DNA from: Candidatus Latescibacterota bacterium
Lineage (GTDB): Bacteria > Latescibacterota > UBA2968 > GCA-2709665
Length of the DNA stretch: 64,000 nucleotides
Assembly: GCA_965237675.1 (NCBI GenBank)
Contig: OZ250150.1
Location: 5,440,001 to 5,504,000, forward strand
Reading direction: 5' to 3'
Shown here: positions 33,765 through 42,262 of the stretch, in pieces
How positions within the stretch are numbered: position 1 is the first letter of the stretch
Layout of the letters: each line of letters begins with the position of its first letter
Program-made: the position numbers and the translations under genes
The notes under the pieces: generated by a model
The model's input: the letters and a program-made list of their open reading frames with translations, nothing else
Database searches by the model: none
Told to the model about the DNA's origin: nothing

Positions 33765-34139
33765 TCACGCCCGCAAATTATGAACCCAAACGAAGAGGCA
33801 CAGCACAATTGCGCCAATGGATATTCCATCTCGACTACCCTGCGAACAACGGATCCAGGCGTTTTCAAACCACGATGGAAACAATGCCATCCATATAGCC
33901 GATCCGACAATCAAAAAAGAGAATGGGTGGTACCGCCACGCGTCTTCGATATGTCCATGCGTCAGGCTAAGGCACGCTCGCGTCATCCCACACCCGGGAC
34001 ACGGAACATCTGTCGCAATAAAAAACACGCAAGGAATCGAAACAACCTCTGCCAGGGACACACCAGACACTGCGACGAAGATGCCCGCCGCACCCAACCC
34101 AATTAGAAAAAGACGCGCGATAGCCGCGTGGTTAAGCAT
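33765..34139 (-). CDS. DUF2752 membrane protein
   Basis: PC.F..TDVPCPGCGMTRA..HG..AW.YHP. Confidence 0.85.
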   Translation of the reverse strand: MLNHAAIARLFLIGLGAAGIFVAVSGVSLAEVVSIPCVFFIATDVPCPGCGMTRACLSLTHGHIEDAWRYHPFSFLIVGSAIWMALFPSWFENAWIRCSQGSRDGISIGAIVLCLFVWVHNLRA

Positions 34140-34146
34140 TGGACGT

Positions 34147-34518
34147 TTATCCGTAAAGTCTGTTAATCTGATACTGTTGAACGGCAAGGGAAGCGATACC
34201 AAGACCGAAGATCGCCAGCAGAACACAGATAACCGGTAGATCCGAATTGGATTCCAGATCATTGCCAGCCTGAACTTCATTGATACCGACTGCCATCTTA
34301 TACTCATAATAAATGCCGAAGATGCCGCAGGTGATAATGGATAGAAATAACCAGAGCCAGAAGGAATACTCATTTCTCCCAAGCCAGGCATTGAGCGTCA
34401 CCATCTGCTTATATTGCCAATAAAGCCCATAGATACCGAAGGTTACAAGAGACAGCAGGATTCCCGCCACTAAACTCCGCCTGGCCTGAAACTCTGGATA
34501 GGGATATCCATTAGGCAT
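34147..34518 (-). CDS. DUF4234-like membrane protein
   Basis: Twice-repeated LS.(V/I)T.GI(Y/F)G.Y and terminal Q..IN. Confidence 0.8.
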   Translation of the reverse strand: MPNGYPYPEFQARRSLVAGILLSLVTFGIYGLYWQYKQMVTLNAWLGRNEYSFWLWLFLSIITCGIFGIYYEYKMAVGINEVQAGNDLESNSDLPVICVLLAIFGLGIASLAVQQYQINRLYG

Positions 34519-34652
34519 GTAGACCTCCGTTTTGTTTTGACGGTACGAACCTGACCTGCAAGGAAATATCGACTTTAAACCCCACTGTTTTCACTGCAAG
34601 ATGCCGTCACGACGAGGCGGGACCTGTCCCGGTCGCCACGGCCTACTGTCAC

Positions 34653-34760
34653 TAACAGCCCGTTGAAAAAGTCCATCCGGGCTGCGGCCGGCTCTTGTGG
34701 CCGAATCATTGCGCTGCGCTCCCTCCCCGAATCCCCCGATTCGACTCGGTCGCGCGCCGT
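34653..34760. mobile_element. Truncated MITE-like element (left half of the 39570-39735 element)
   Basis: CAGCCCGTTGAAAAAGTCCATCCGGGCTGCG.. closely matches 39573 onward and stops 3 nt before a CRISPR-like repeat. Confidence 0.75.
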
Positions 34761-34763
34761 GAG

Positions 34764-34799
34764 GTTTCAATCCACGTCTGATGGTTGATTCCTAACGGT
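34764..34799 (-). repeat. Solitary family-2 CRISPR-like repeat (degenerate)
   Basis: gtttcaatccacgt-ctgatggttgattcctaacggt aligns end to end with the 53544 copy. Confidence 0.7.
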
Positions 34800-34983
34800 C
34801 ACGTCGTTGACGAGACTGAGGACGCCCCCCCGACGGCGCGGCGCGCCGACCGCGGTTCATGCCGACCCCGCCGAGCAGCTGATCGACGAGTCCGCGCAAG
34901 CGCCACATCCAGTCGCCGTAGTACCAGCCATTGGCGACGCCAATTCGCCCTATGGGGGCAAACGCGGTGTCGGGGGCGCCCAC
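34800..34983 (-). pseudogene. Internal fragment of an SDR/DUF2867-type gene
   Basis: AFAPIGRIG.ANGWYYGDWMWRLRGLVDQLLGGVGMNRGRR; GC-rich; ends next to the repeat. Confidence 0.65.
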
Positions 34984-35621
34984 GAGGATTGCGCCTACTA
35001 ACCCAACGGCGGCGCGGGCAGGGCTTAGACCTCAAGATGTAAACGTTGGCTTCTGAAAACCGCTATTTGGTGAGTCGACACGAACTCCCGTACCGATATG
35101 AATATACGAAAGGGGGGCGCGAGATTCAAACCGTCACGCCCCTTCATTCGGAAGTCAGGGAGAAGCGATCAGGACATCATCAGGGTCGTTATGTACATGG
35201 GCTTACCACACCGCCGGCTTTGCCCCAATCCGTCTCGATTAACAATCCAAAAACCCAAGGCATGCCGCACGGAAAACTTCACTGATTCTTGGGGATATTT
35301 ATCTCATTTAGTTTGACATATTCCGCCGAATGTCATATAATCGCGGAAATTGCGCATGCCGCACCCTGGCAACTGACGCAGCAAACGATCAGGCCTGTCG
35401 AAATAGGGGTTGTCCGGGAACTCGCTGAAAATGTCCGGGTTGATCTTGCGCTAATGGAACAGACGGATCTCAAGCGTAGTTTTGAATCCGAATACATCCG
35501 GAAGTACGGCGGACACCTCGTTACGGACCGCAAGCGTATGTTGGATAGCCCTTTCCGGCGTCCCGGTCCATTGTGGACTGTGGCTGGCTGTGATGTGAAC
35601 TAAACATATTGGAGGGATATA

Positions 35622-36287
35622 ATGCGTTTTTTTGTGGGTTTCTTGTCTATACTTGTTGCCTTTATTCAAACCGTACCGGCACAGACGGCAGATGTTGCAA
35701 GTCATGTTGCGGCGCTTAAAGGCAAGACGTTCTGGATCAAAATCGCTTTTGTAGAGGTAAATGACGGGATTCGAGGCATTGATGCTGCGAACGTCCTGGA
35801 GAATGGAGAGGTCTCATACCGCGCTACAATAGGCGGTTTTCGTCAGTCTCAATCTCAGTCGGCTGAGGATTTCGCCGAAGAGGTCCGGAATATCATTACG
35901 AGAGATGCGCTCTCGGGGTGGAGCGTGCGGGTTATTCAAAGGGGCGCGAAAGTCGTAATCCGAAAAGCCGAGGCAAGGGAAAAAGACGTATATATTGAAC
36001 TCGACAAACTGTCAGGTGCTCGCCATGCCGTTCGCCTTAAAGTCAATAGAGATAAGTACACAATCCCCGAAGTTGAACGCCTTTTCAATGTCGCCTTTGC
36101 AGCAAGCGAAGCGGAATTAGCAGGTCCCGAGGAAACCGTTTTGCTTAAATTGAACATGTCCATTGAAGAAGTGATCGCCCGGAAAGGCAAACCCAGGACG
36201 CGCGTTGAACTCGGCGACAAGACCATTCTCGCTTATGAAGACTTGAAGTTGATATTCAAGGACGGGAGGTTGGCGGATGCCGAGTAA
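35622..36287 (+). CDS. Hypothetical exported protein
   Basis: GGAGG RBS, signal peptide, C-terminal MSIEEVIARKGKP motif. Confidence 0.75.
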   Translation: MRFFVGFLSILVAFIQTVPAQTADVASHVAALKGKTFWIKIAFVEVNDGIRGIDAANVLENGEVSYRATIGGFRQSQSQSAEDFAEEVRNIITRDALSGWSVRVIQRGAKVVIRKAEAREKDVYIELDKLSGARHAVRLKVNRDKYTIPEVERLFNVAFAASEAELAGPEETVLLKLNMSIEEVIARKGKPRTRVELGDKTILAYEDLKLIFKDGRLADAE

Positions 36288-36595
36288 TTGAACACCTGTG
36301 ATCCCTGCACATTTTCCAGTACATACGTCATTACTCCACCCTCTTCGCGGAACCATTGCATCAAAACGCCCACATCGGTTCCCACACAAAGGAATTCCAC
36401 TCCCATATCCAAATATCGCTTCGCGCCTTTGGCTTCCCCGAATTCCGCTCGAGTCGGTATTTCAATCGCATATTTTCCCGCTACTCGGACGTTATCCCTG
36501 CCATAGCCGGCCTTGATAGGCCGGTAATTAAAGAATAATCCGACGGGTCGATTTGTATCAATCGGTTCCCCCCTTCATCCGCCAGTCCATCTTTT

Positions 36596-36625
36596 TGTAA
36601 GGGCGACCGGCCGGTCGCCCCTACA
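36596..36625. repeat. REP-like palindrome
   Basis: TGTAAGGGCGACCGGCCGGTCGCCCCTACA; related copies at 37435-37458, 37366-37390 and ~32607-32633. Confidence 0.75.
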
Positions 36626-36655
36626 GATCCCGTGCGTAGGTAGGAAGTCAGCGTT

Positions 36656-37230
36656 TCATCGGAAGATCCGCGCCACGATTTCGCTGCCGGGTGCGCGCTG
36701 TATCTCCTCCGGTGTCCCGCACTGTACGATACGGCCGCCTTGCAGCACCGCGATCCGGTCTGCGACCGCCAGGGCATCTGAGACGTCTCGCGTGGCATAA
36801 ATCACCGTGCGGTGCCGTCGGGGGAATGAATGGTCAGGGAGGGGTTGTCCGCGTGCTCGGATAAATCGCCGGGAGGTTCGCGGTGGGATCCGTCCAGCGC
36901 CATGTTCGGAAACGCATAGCGCCGGATCCACACCCCCCGCCATCTTTCCGACCGCCACTCGGGCGGGAAAGCGTCGACACCCCCGGAGAAACGCCAACCG
37001 CGGATTATGCCGGGACTGGTCTCGTCTTCGTACCCATCCGAACCGATATGCACGCCGCCCTGCCGGTCCGAGCGTTTGCCGACGTATCGCAGCAGCGTCG
37101 TCTTGCCGGCGCCAGCCTCCCCGACGATCGCGACAATCTCCCCCGACCGTACAAAAAGCGTCAGCCCGTCGAGGACGGGCGTCTTTGTGCCTTTGTATCG
37201 AAAGGTGATATTGTCGAGGAAAACGAACAT
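36656..37230 (-). pseudogene. Degraded ABC transporter ATP-binding gene
   Basis: Walker A-like GEAGAGKTTLL in one frame and DALAVADRIAVLQGGRIVQ.GTPEEI in another; signature region missing. Confidence 0.75.
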
Positions 37231-37693
37231 TTCGGATAATCCATCAGGGTGGATATAACTTTCAGTTGTGGCAATTACTGCGAAAAAGAATGCAGCGATC
37301 AGTCGACAGCGGTCAGCCAAAAAACGCAAAGGCGATCTATTCACGTCAGCGCATCTAGAGAATCTGTAGGGGCAACCCTTGTGGTTGGCCAGGTCGCGGG
37401 TGACTGCATGCAGCGGGCAGCGACATCGGGTCTTGTAGGGGCGACCGGCCGGTCGCCCTCGTTACGATCGAGCAGCGGTAAACAGTCAGCGTAACGCAAT
37501 CAGTCAAACAATCGAGGTCCGCGGGCCGCAACGCGAATCACTTCGATTTCTTCCAGGCGGAACAAGCGTTCACAGCAGGCCAAAATATGTAACACCATGA
37601 CGTTGAGGGAACGCATGGCGAGAGAATCAGTTGACAACGCGCATCAAATCTCGTAGTAATATTGCAGGTAATCAACCGAAACGGAGGCTTCCG

Positions 37694-37948
37694 GTGAAAA
37701 CCGCTCTCGTTCAAATCGGGAATTCGCGCGGCATCCGTATCCCCACGGAGTTCCTGGAACAGTGCCAACTTCGAGACGTCGTGGAACTCGAACTTCGCGG
37801 GGGTCACTTAATCATCCGTCCGACTACCCAAACCCGAAGCGGTTGGGAAGACGCCTTTCGCAACATGCGCATACACCAGGACGATACGCTTCCTGATGAA
37901 ACATATCGGTCTGCTACAGAATGGGACACTACGCAGTGGGAATGGTAG
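37694..37948 (+). CDS. mazE: AbrB/MazE antitoxin
   Basis: IGNSRGIRIP..RSGWEDAF..WEW; overlaps the mazF start. Confidence 0.85.
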   Translation: MKTALVQIGNSRGIRIPTEFLEQCQLRDVVELELRGGHLIIRPTTQTRSGWEDAFRNMRIHQDDTLPDETYRSATEWDTTQWEW

Positions 37949-38244
37949 TTGCGCGTTTCGACGTCTGCCAGGTGGGGCTCGATCTTGCACAAGGGCGGGA
38001 GATTCAGAAAACGCGCCCTTGTGTTGTAATATCTCCCGATGAGATGAACAGGCATATCGGAACCGTCATCGTTGCCCCGCTGACTACAAAAGGTCGCGCC
38101 TATCCCACCCGTATCCCTCTCCGTTTTCAGAGAAAAAGCGGACAGATCGTGCTCGATCAGGTACGCACGGTTGACAAAACCCGCCTGGTACGTCGTCTGG
38201 AAAAATCAGCGACAAGGCTGCCCTCGAAGTCCTGGCCGTGCTGA
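37942..38244 (+). CDS. mazF: PemK/MazF toxin with an apparently frameshifted C-terminus
   Basis: GREIQKTRPCVVISPDEMN..DQVRTVDK.RL; expected tail ISDKAALEVLAVLREMFA is in the -1 frame from 38205. Confidence 0.85.
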   Translation: MVVARFDVCQVGLDLAQGREIQKTRPCVVISPDEMNRHIGTVIVAPLTTKGRAYPTRIPLRFQRKSGQIVLDQVRTVDKTRLVRRLEKSATRLPSKSWPC

Positions 38245-38406
38245 GGGAGATGTTCGCGCGAGTAGGTTTTGCGCGTTCGAGGACCTTAACCAGCATATTT
38301 GCGACGCGGCGCGGCACGGGTATCCCCAGGGCGTTCCTGGAACCGTGCCAACTTCTTACAGTAAGCGGAAGTTGAACAGTCACTCAAACCGGAAGGGAGA
38401 ACCTGA

Positions 38407-38628
38407 ATGAACGCAGCAAGCGAATTGTCCGAACGGCAGGCCCGGCTTGAAGGCATCATTGAGCAAATGGACCGCCGCTTTGAGTCCATTGATCGCCGCC
38501 TGGATTCCATCGACCGCCGCCTTACGGGCATCGAGTCCAGCATGCGTCAGGGCTTTTTCTGGATCGTCGGCATTCAGATTACCACCCTCTTGACGCTTGG
38601 CGCGTTGATTCTCATCAAGCTCGGATAG
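38407..38628 (+). CDS. Small coiled-coil protein with a C-terminal TM helix
   Basis: RBS, SIDRRL heptad repeats, hydrophobic tail. Confidence 0.7.
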   Translation: MNAASELSERQARLEGIIEQMDRRFESIDRRLDSIDRRLTGIESSMRQGFFWIVGIQITTLLTLGALILIKLG

Positions 38629-38697
38629 CCACCCGCCTCCCGAAAGAACACCCAAGTGAACGCCATCGCCCACACAAACGCCGACATCACCAACCTG

Positions 38698-38771
38698 TCT
38701 AGCAGACAGCCAGACCACCGAAGTGAGGGGAGATGGGGACGGCTTTGCCGCGGTCCTTCACGACGCGGTAT
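38698..38771 (-). CRISPR. Displaced partial type I-C repeat plus 37-bp spacer-sized segment
   Basis: 38715-38734 ccaccgaagtgaggggagat is identical to 20 nt of the array repeat, in the same orientation; 38735-38771 separates it from a family-2 repeat. Confidence 0.8.
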
Positions 38772-38808
38772 GAGTCGGTCCTTGTTCTGATGGAAGATTC
38801 TCGACGTG
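38772..38808 (-). repeat. Solitary family-2 CRISPR-like repeat
   Basis: gagtcggtccttgttctgatggaagattctcgacgtg. Confidence 0.85.
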
Positions 38809-38836
38809 TCCGCCTTCGATTGTTCATTTAAGCCTC

Positions 38837-39160
38837 TCATGGGATGCCTGCCGCTGCTCCAAACGCCTCTTGTGCTTCCCGTATCTTGACGTCCAACAAC
38901 GCCTCTTGTATCTCCTCTTGTATGTCCTGCTCCGCTTGCGTAAAGACATCGGCGGACCGCCGCCGGTAAACTTCCGTTCGGAATTCTTGGTTGTCCTCCC
39001 TGATCTTGTCTTGAAAAGCTTCCCGTACCGCCACTTCCATATCCGTCGCTATCGACGGGTTTTCTAGCACGGCATTCTTTACCGCCTGCTTCAGTATTTC
39101 TCGCGGTTCCCCTTTTTGTGCCCCAGCGTCCCACAACACCCGTACCGCCTGCTTCAGCAT
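38837..39160 (-). CDS. Hypothetical helical protein (cassette cargo)
   Basis: 107 aa with internal repeat MLKQAV/ILKQAV; fills the interval between two repeats. Confidence 0.55.
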   Translation of the reverse strand: MLKQAVRVLWDAGAQKGEPREILKQAVKNAVLENPSIATDMEVAVREAFQDKIREDNQEFRTEVYRRRSADVFTQAEQDIQEEIQEALLDVKIREAQEAFGAAAGIP

Positions 39161-39198
39161 TTCTCACCTTGGATTGCTCATTTAAGCCCTCCCAGATG

Positions 39199-39235
39199 GT
39201 TTAAATCCTTGTTCTGATAGAAGATCTTCACCGGG
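39199..39235 (-). repeat. Solitary family-2 CRISPR-like repeat
   Basis: gtttaaatccttgttctgatagaagatcttcaccggg. Confidence 0.88.
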
Positions 39236-39236
39236 A

Positions 39237-39424
39237 TTAGCGGCGGCACCTGGCGGTGCGTTTTTCAGCCGCTCGTTCGGCGTCGGCTTTGGCCCACAGG
39301 GCCAACTGGGACAAGGTAGGAACCGGCAGGCCGCCTTGTAGTCGGCAGGAGCAAACGGCGTCCCGTCGGGATGCCAGCCGCGGCCGAATATCTTCGTGTA
39401 CTTTTCTTTAGGTAGGGTAGGCAT
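39237..39424 (-). pseudogene. Small WHxDGTPFxPADY protein, frameshifted copy
   Basis: Homologous to 47018-47227; 4-nt deletion after KAAC; the restored frame reads LPVPTLSQLALWAKADAERAAEKRTARCRR with TAA 1 nt before the repeat. Confidence 0.7.
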
Positions 39425-39427
39425 AGA

Positions 39428-39464
39428 GATTCAATCCTTGTACTGATGGAAAATTCTCGCCGGG
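39428..39464 (-). repeat. Solitary family-2 CRISPR-like repeat
   Basis: gattcaatccttgtactgatggaaaattctcgccggg; ATG follows 3 nt downstream on the minus strand. Confidence 0.88.
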
Positions 39465-39470
39465 TCTATC

Positions 39471-39560
39471 TCAATCGAACCAATCCCGGGGCGTAAAGTA
39501 TTTGATTCCAATAACCACCACAAGAATGACAGCAAGCAAGAGTATAAATCCCAAAATCAT
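39471..39560 (-). CDS. Small single-TM peptide (cassette cargo)
   Basis: MILGFILLLAVILVVVIGIKYFTPRDWFD; stop 6 nt before the repeat. Confidence 0.45.
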   Translation of the reverse strand: MILGFILLLAVILVVVIGIKYFTPRDWFD

Positions 39561-39569
39561 AGCGGCCCG

Positions 39570-39735
39570 TATCAGCCCGTTGATAAAGTCCATCCGGGCT
39601 GCGTCCGGTCCTTGTGGCCGAAATACTGCGTTGCACTCCCTCTCCGAATCCCCGGATTCGACGCGGTCGCGCGCCTTGTCTTCGGCCACAATGACTCGGC
39701 CTCGCCTGCAGAGCGACTTTTTCAACGGACTGCTA
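39570..39735. mobile_element. MITE-like element with terminal inverted repeats
   Basis: CAGCCCGTTGATAAAGTC ... GACTTTTTCAACGGACTG ends, internal palindromy, partial second copy at 34653. Confidence 0.8.
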
Positions 39736-39749
39736 TATACTTGTTTTCC

Positions 39750-39785
39750 GTTTCAGTCCTTGTTCTGGGGAAGATTCCGAGCGGG
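39750..39785 (-). repeat. Solitary family-2 CRISPR-like repeat
   Basis: gtttcagtccttgttctggggaagattccgagcggg. Confidence 0.85.
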
Positions 39786-39810
39786 ACTGTGGGTTGGGCC
39801 ACGGCCGCTT

Positions 39811-40362
39811 TTATTCATCTCCGCGGATCCTGGCCAGCGCCTCGCTCGCAGCATCTGCCATGAAATCCAGAGAGTCCTTAAGATTCTCGCGTATCCATTC
39901 GAGATACCTGACCGCCCGTTGCTCTCGAAACTCACCGAGTTGCCGGATGATCGTCTCCCCCAGACCGGTGCCCAAAGGGTATCGGTCTCTGGCCATGTGC
40001 TCGAAAACGCTCTCGAGCAGATTCAGCAGGTGTTGGCGAATTTCCTCCGAATCCGGTGAGGGTCTCCAGACGTAACGCGGGTTTTCCCAGGACACCCACT
40101 CGTCGGGTCGACCGGCTTGCACGCGCCGTTCCTGTTCCCAGCCGCCATGGCGCATCACCGGCCCGATCGGGATGCGATCGCGATCGGGCCGGCGATGTGG
40201 ATGGTTCGCACAATAGGTGTAGAAGGGATTCTCTATCGCGATGTCCCTGATCTCGCAATAGGGCGGTATGCTCTTGTCAGCGTGCCGCGACCAGTCGCGC
40301 TCGCCCTGGTTCGTTCGATTGAACCAACAGGTTCCGCAACAGTCGGATCCTCCGTTGGGCAT
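39811..40362 (-). CDS. Hypothetical Cys/His-rich protein
   Basis: GGAGG RBS; MPNGGSDCCGTCWFN..YCEIR..YCANH; HEAT-like tail; ends 25 nt before the repeat. Confidence 0.75.
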   Translation of the reverse strand: MPNGGSDCCGTCWFNRTNQGERDWSRHADKSIPPYCEIRDIAIENPFYTYCANHPHRRPDRDRIPIGPVMRHGGWEQERRVQAGRPDEWVSWENPRYVWRPSPDSEEIRQHLLNLLESVFEHMARDRYPLGTGLGETIIRQLGEFREQRAVRYLEWIRENLKDSLDFMADAASEALARIRGDE

Positions 40363-40699
40363 CGCTCAGCCCTCCTCCCGGTTGAAACTCCGCAACATCT
40401 CCCACAACCCGTCATGTAGTAGCGCTCGCACCGTCACATCGTTCGGTCCAATTGGAATCCTCCGCCAGGCATAACATAAAGTCCATTTGTCGCAAGTATT
40501 GCGACAACATTAAAAAAGCTATCGGCTGTTAGCGTGCAGCCGTCAGCCAGAAACAGTGAGAAAAGGAACCGGTGTGAAGGTGGGGCGGACATTCCTGTCT
40601 GCCCTTATCATTGTCCTTCTGTCGCGATACAGACAGAAGCAAGGCTTGCGCCGTCCTCTTTCCAGTGGGGGAGACGGCGGCGAGTCGCGGCGTGCCCAG

Positions 40700-41260
40700 A
40701 CACAGGATTCTATCGGTCTGTGACGGGATCTCCGACCACGGTGATTACTACCGGGTCGGTACGTGGGAAGTGCTGGACTTCGCAGGCCGAGCACTGGCGT
40801 ACCTGACCGCCGCGCCTGGCAACCGTGGGCTGTCCGCATGCGGAGCAGAAGCCGTTGCGCACATGCCAATGAACGAGCGACCGCGCCTGGGCCAGGATGC
40901 CGGTTTCCCGACCCGCAAGCACGGTCCCGGCGTTGCGGCAATCCTCGAAACGCCAGTCCTGAGCGTCTGCTACCCGGCTGGCTGCCTCGGGGAAGGGAGA
41001 CAGGTCTACGGCGAAGTGCGCGACGCGTCCAATAGGCCGAGGAATATCGGCGCCGCGTCAGGCGTCAGGGTCCGGATACGCTGCGTGTTCAGCCAACCAA
41101 GCCGCGGAGGAAGGCGGTCGTGGATAAACTCCTCCAGGTTTCGGAAGGCCAGAAACCTGCTACCGGCGGCGCGTCCGGCGCGCTCAATCCAGGTTTCATC
41201 CCGACGTTCCCGTTCGCCACGGTCGAGGCGATTGCCGGAGAATGGATATGGAACTCTCAT
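40700..41260 (-). pseudogene. nudC: NADH pyrophosphatase remnant
   Basis: FSGNRLDR..RRDETW in one frame, ARSLVHWH..FCSACG..C..C..HFPRTDPVVI in another; Nudix box absent. Confidence 0.8.
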
Positions 41261-42262
41261 CGTTTGGGGTTACCGAAGGAGGAAAGCGGAAGGGAGGCGA
41301 GGGTCTATCCAGCCCATAGACGGCGCGAGTTCACGTCCAACTCCCGCGGCGCGACCGCTCGAGAACAGCGATGATGCGGCCTATTGTGCCGACGGCTTTT
41401 TCAGGCAACCCAGTGTGCACATCTTTCGGAAATTATGCAAATCCGCACGCAACGCCAACGTGGAACCCGCGGTGGAAGCATGGGCGCGCTATTTCCTGGA
41501 AACTGGACACTTTCCATGAACAAAGGGCAGAAAGCGACGAGGGGAACCCAATGACAAGCGGCCATTGCAGGCAACCGGATTCCATGGAGAGATTCGCCCT
41601 TTAGAGGGTCCGCCAACGGACACGTTGATCGAAATAGCCATTGCAGGATAATTTACAGACATTGTTTTGAAATGGTAGGATCAGGAAACGACCCGCGCAG
41701 ACTATAGATGGGACCAGACCCCCGTCTTGTCACTTGAAATCGCCGAAATGTCTAAGGAAGAAGATCCGTATCGCGCCATAGAGATCTGAGAAATGATGGC
41801 CGAGTCTGCGAGCAGCCGCGTTGAAGATATCGGATACCGGGAAGCCGTCGATTAACTCCGCAAAGTCCGAGACACCTTTAGACATCTCAACGTCGAGGAC
41901 GATTTGAGCGCATCGAGAGTCGGAAACAAAATAAAATCGCGTTGTGTGGAAGTACCCGATGTTCTGGCAGGCAAGCGTTTTATCGATAGTGCATCGGTTA
42001 TGCATGAACGATAGTCGGAATTTTCATTTTGTCCGGGTACCTATCCAATCCGACATGCACGTCACCCTGTCGATCCGAACGTCTGTCAACGAAACGCGGC
42101 AGCAAATGGTTGTGACCGCCAAACCCATTGCCGATGCTGACTTTACTCCAGGTCGGCAATGCCGCGTGCCGGGGCGTAGCAGGATTGCGCCGAGCGCCGT
42201 GTATCTGACTAAGATGGGGGCGAAGTTCCTGTGAGCCCCGGCCATGGCGTACCACTACCTGC

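Noticed and set aside
41508-41535. ctttccatgaacaaaggg as an inverted family-2 repeat
   Set aside because: Needs gaps, lacks ATTGAAAC and is in the opposite orientation.
41300-42260. Short ORFs between the nudC remnant and the Ig-domain gene
   Set aside because: No recognisable motifs or consistent frame; probably decayed sequence.
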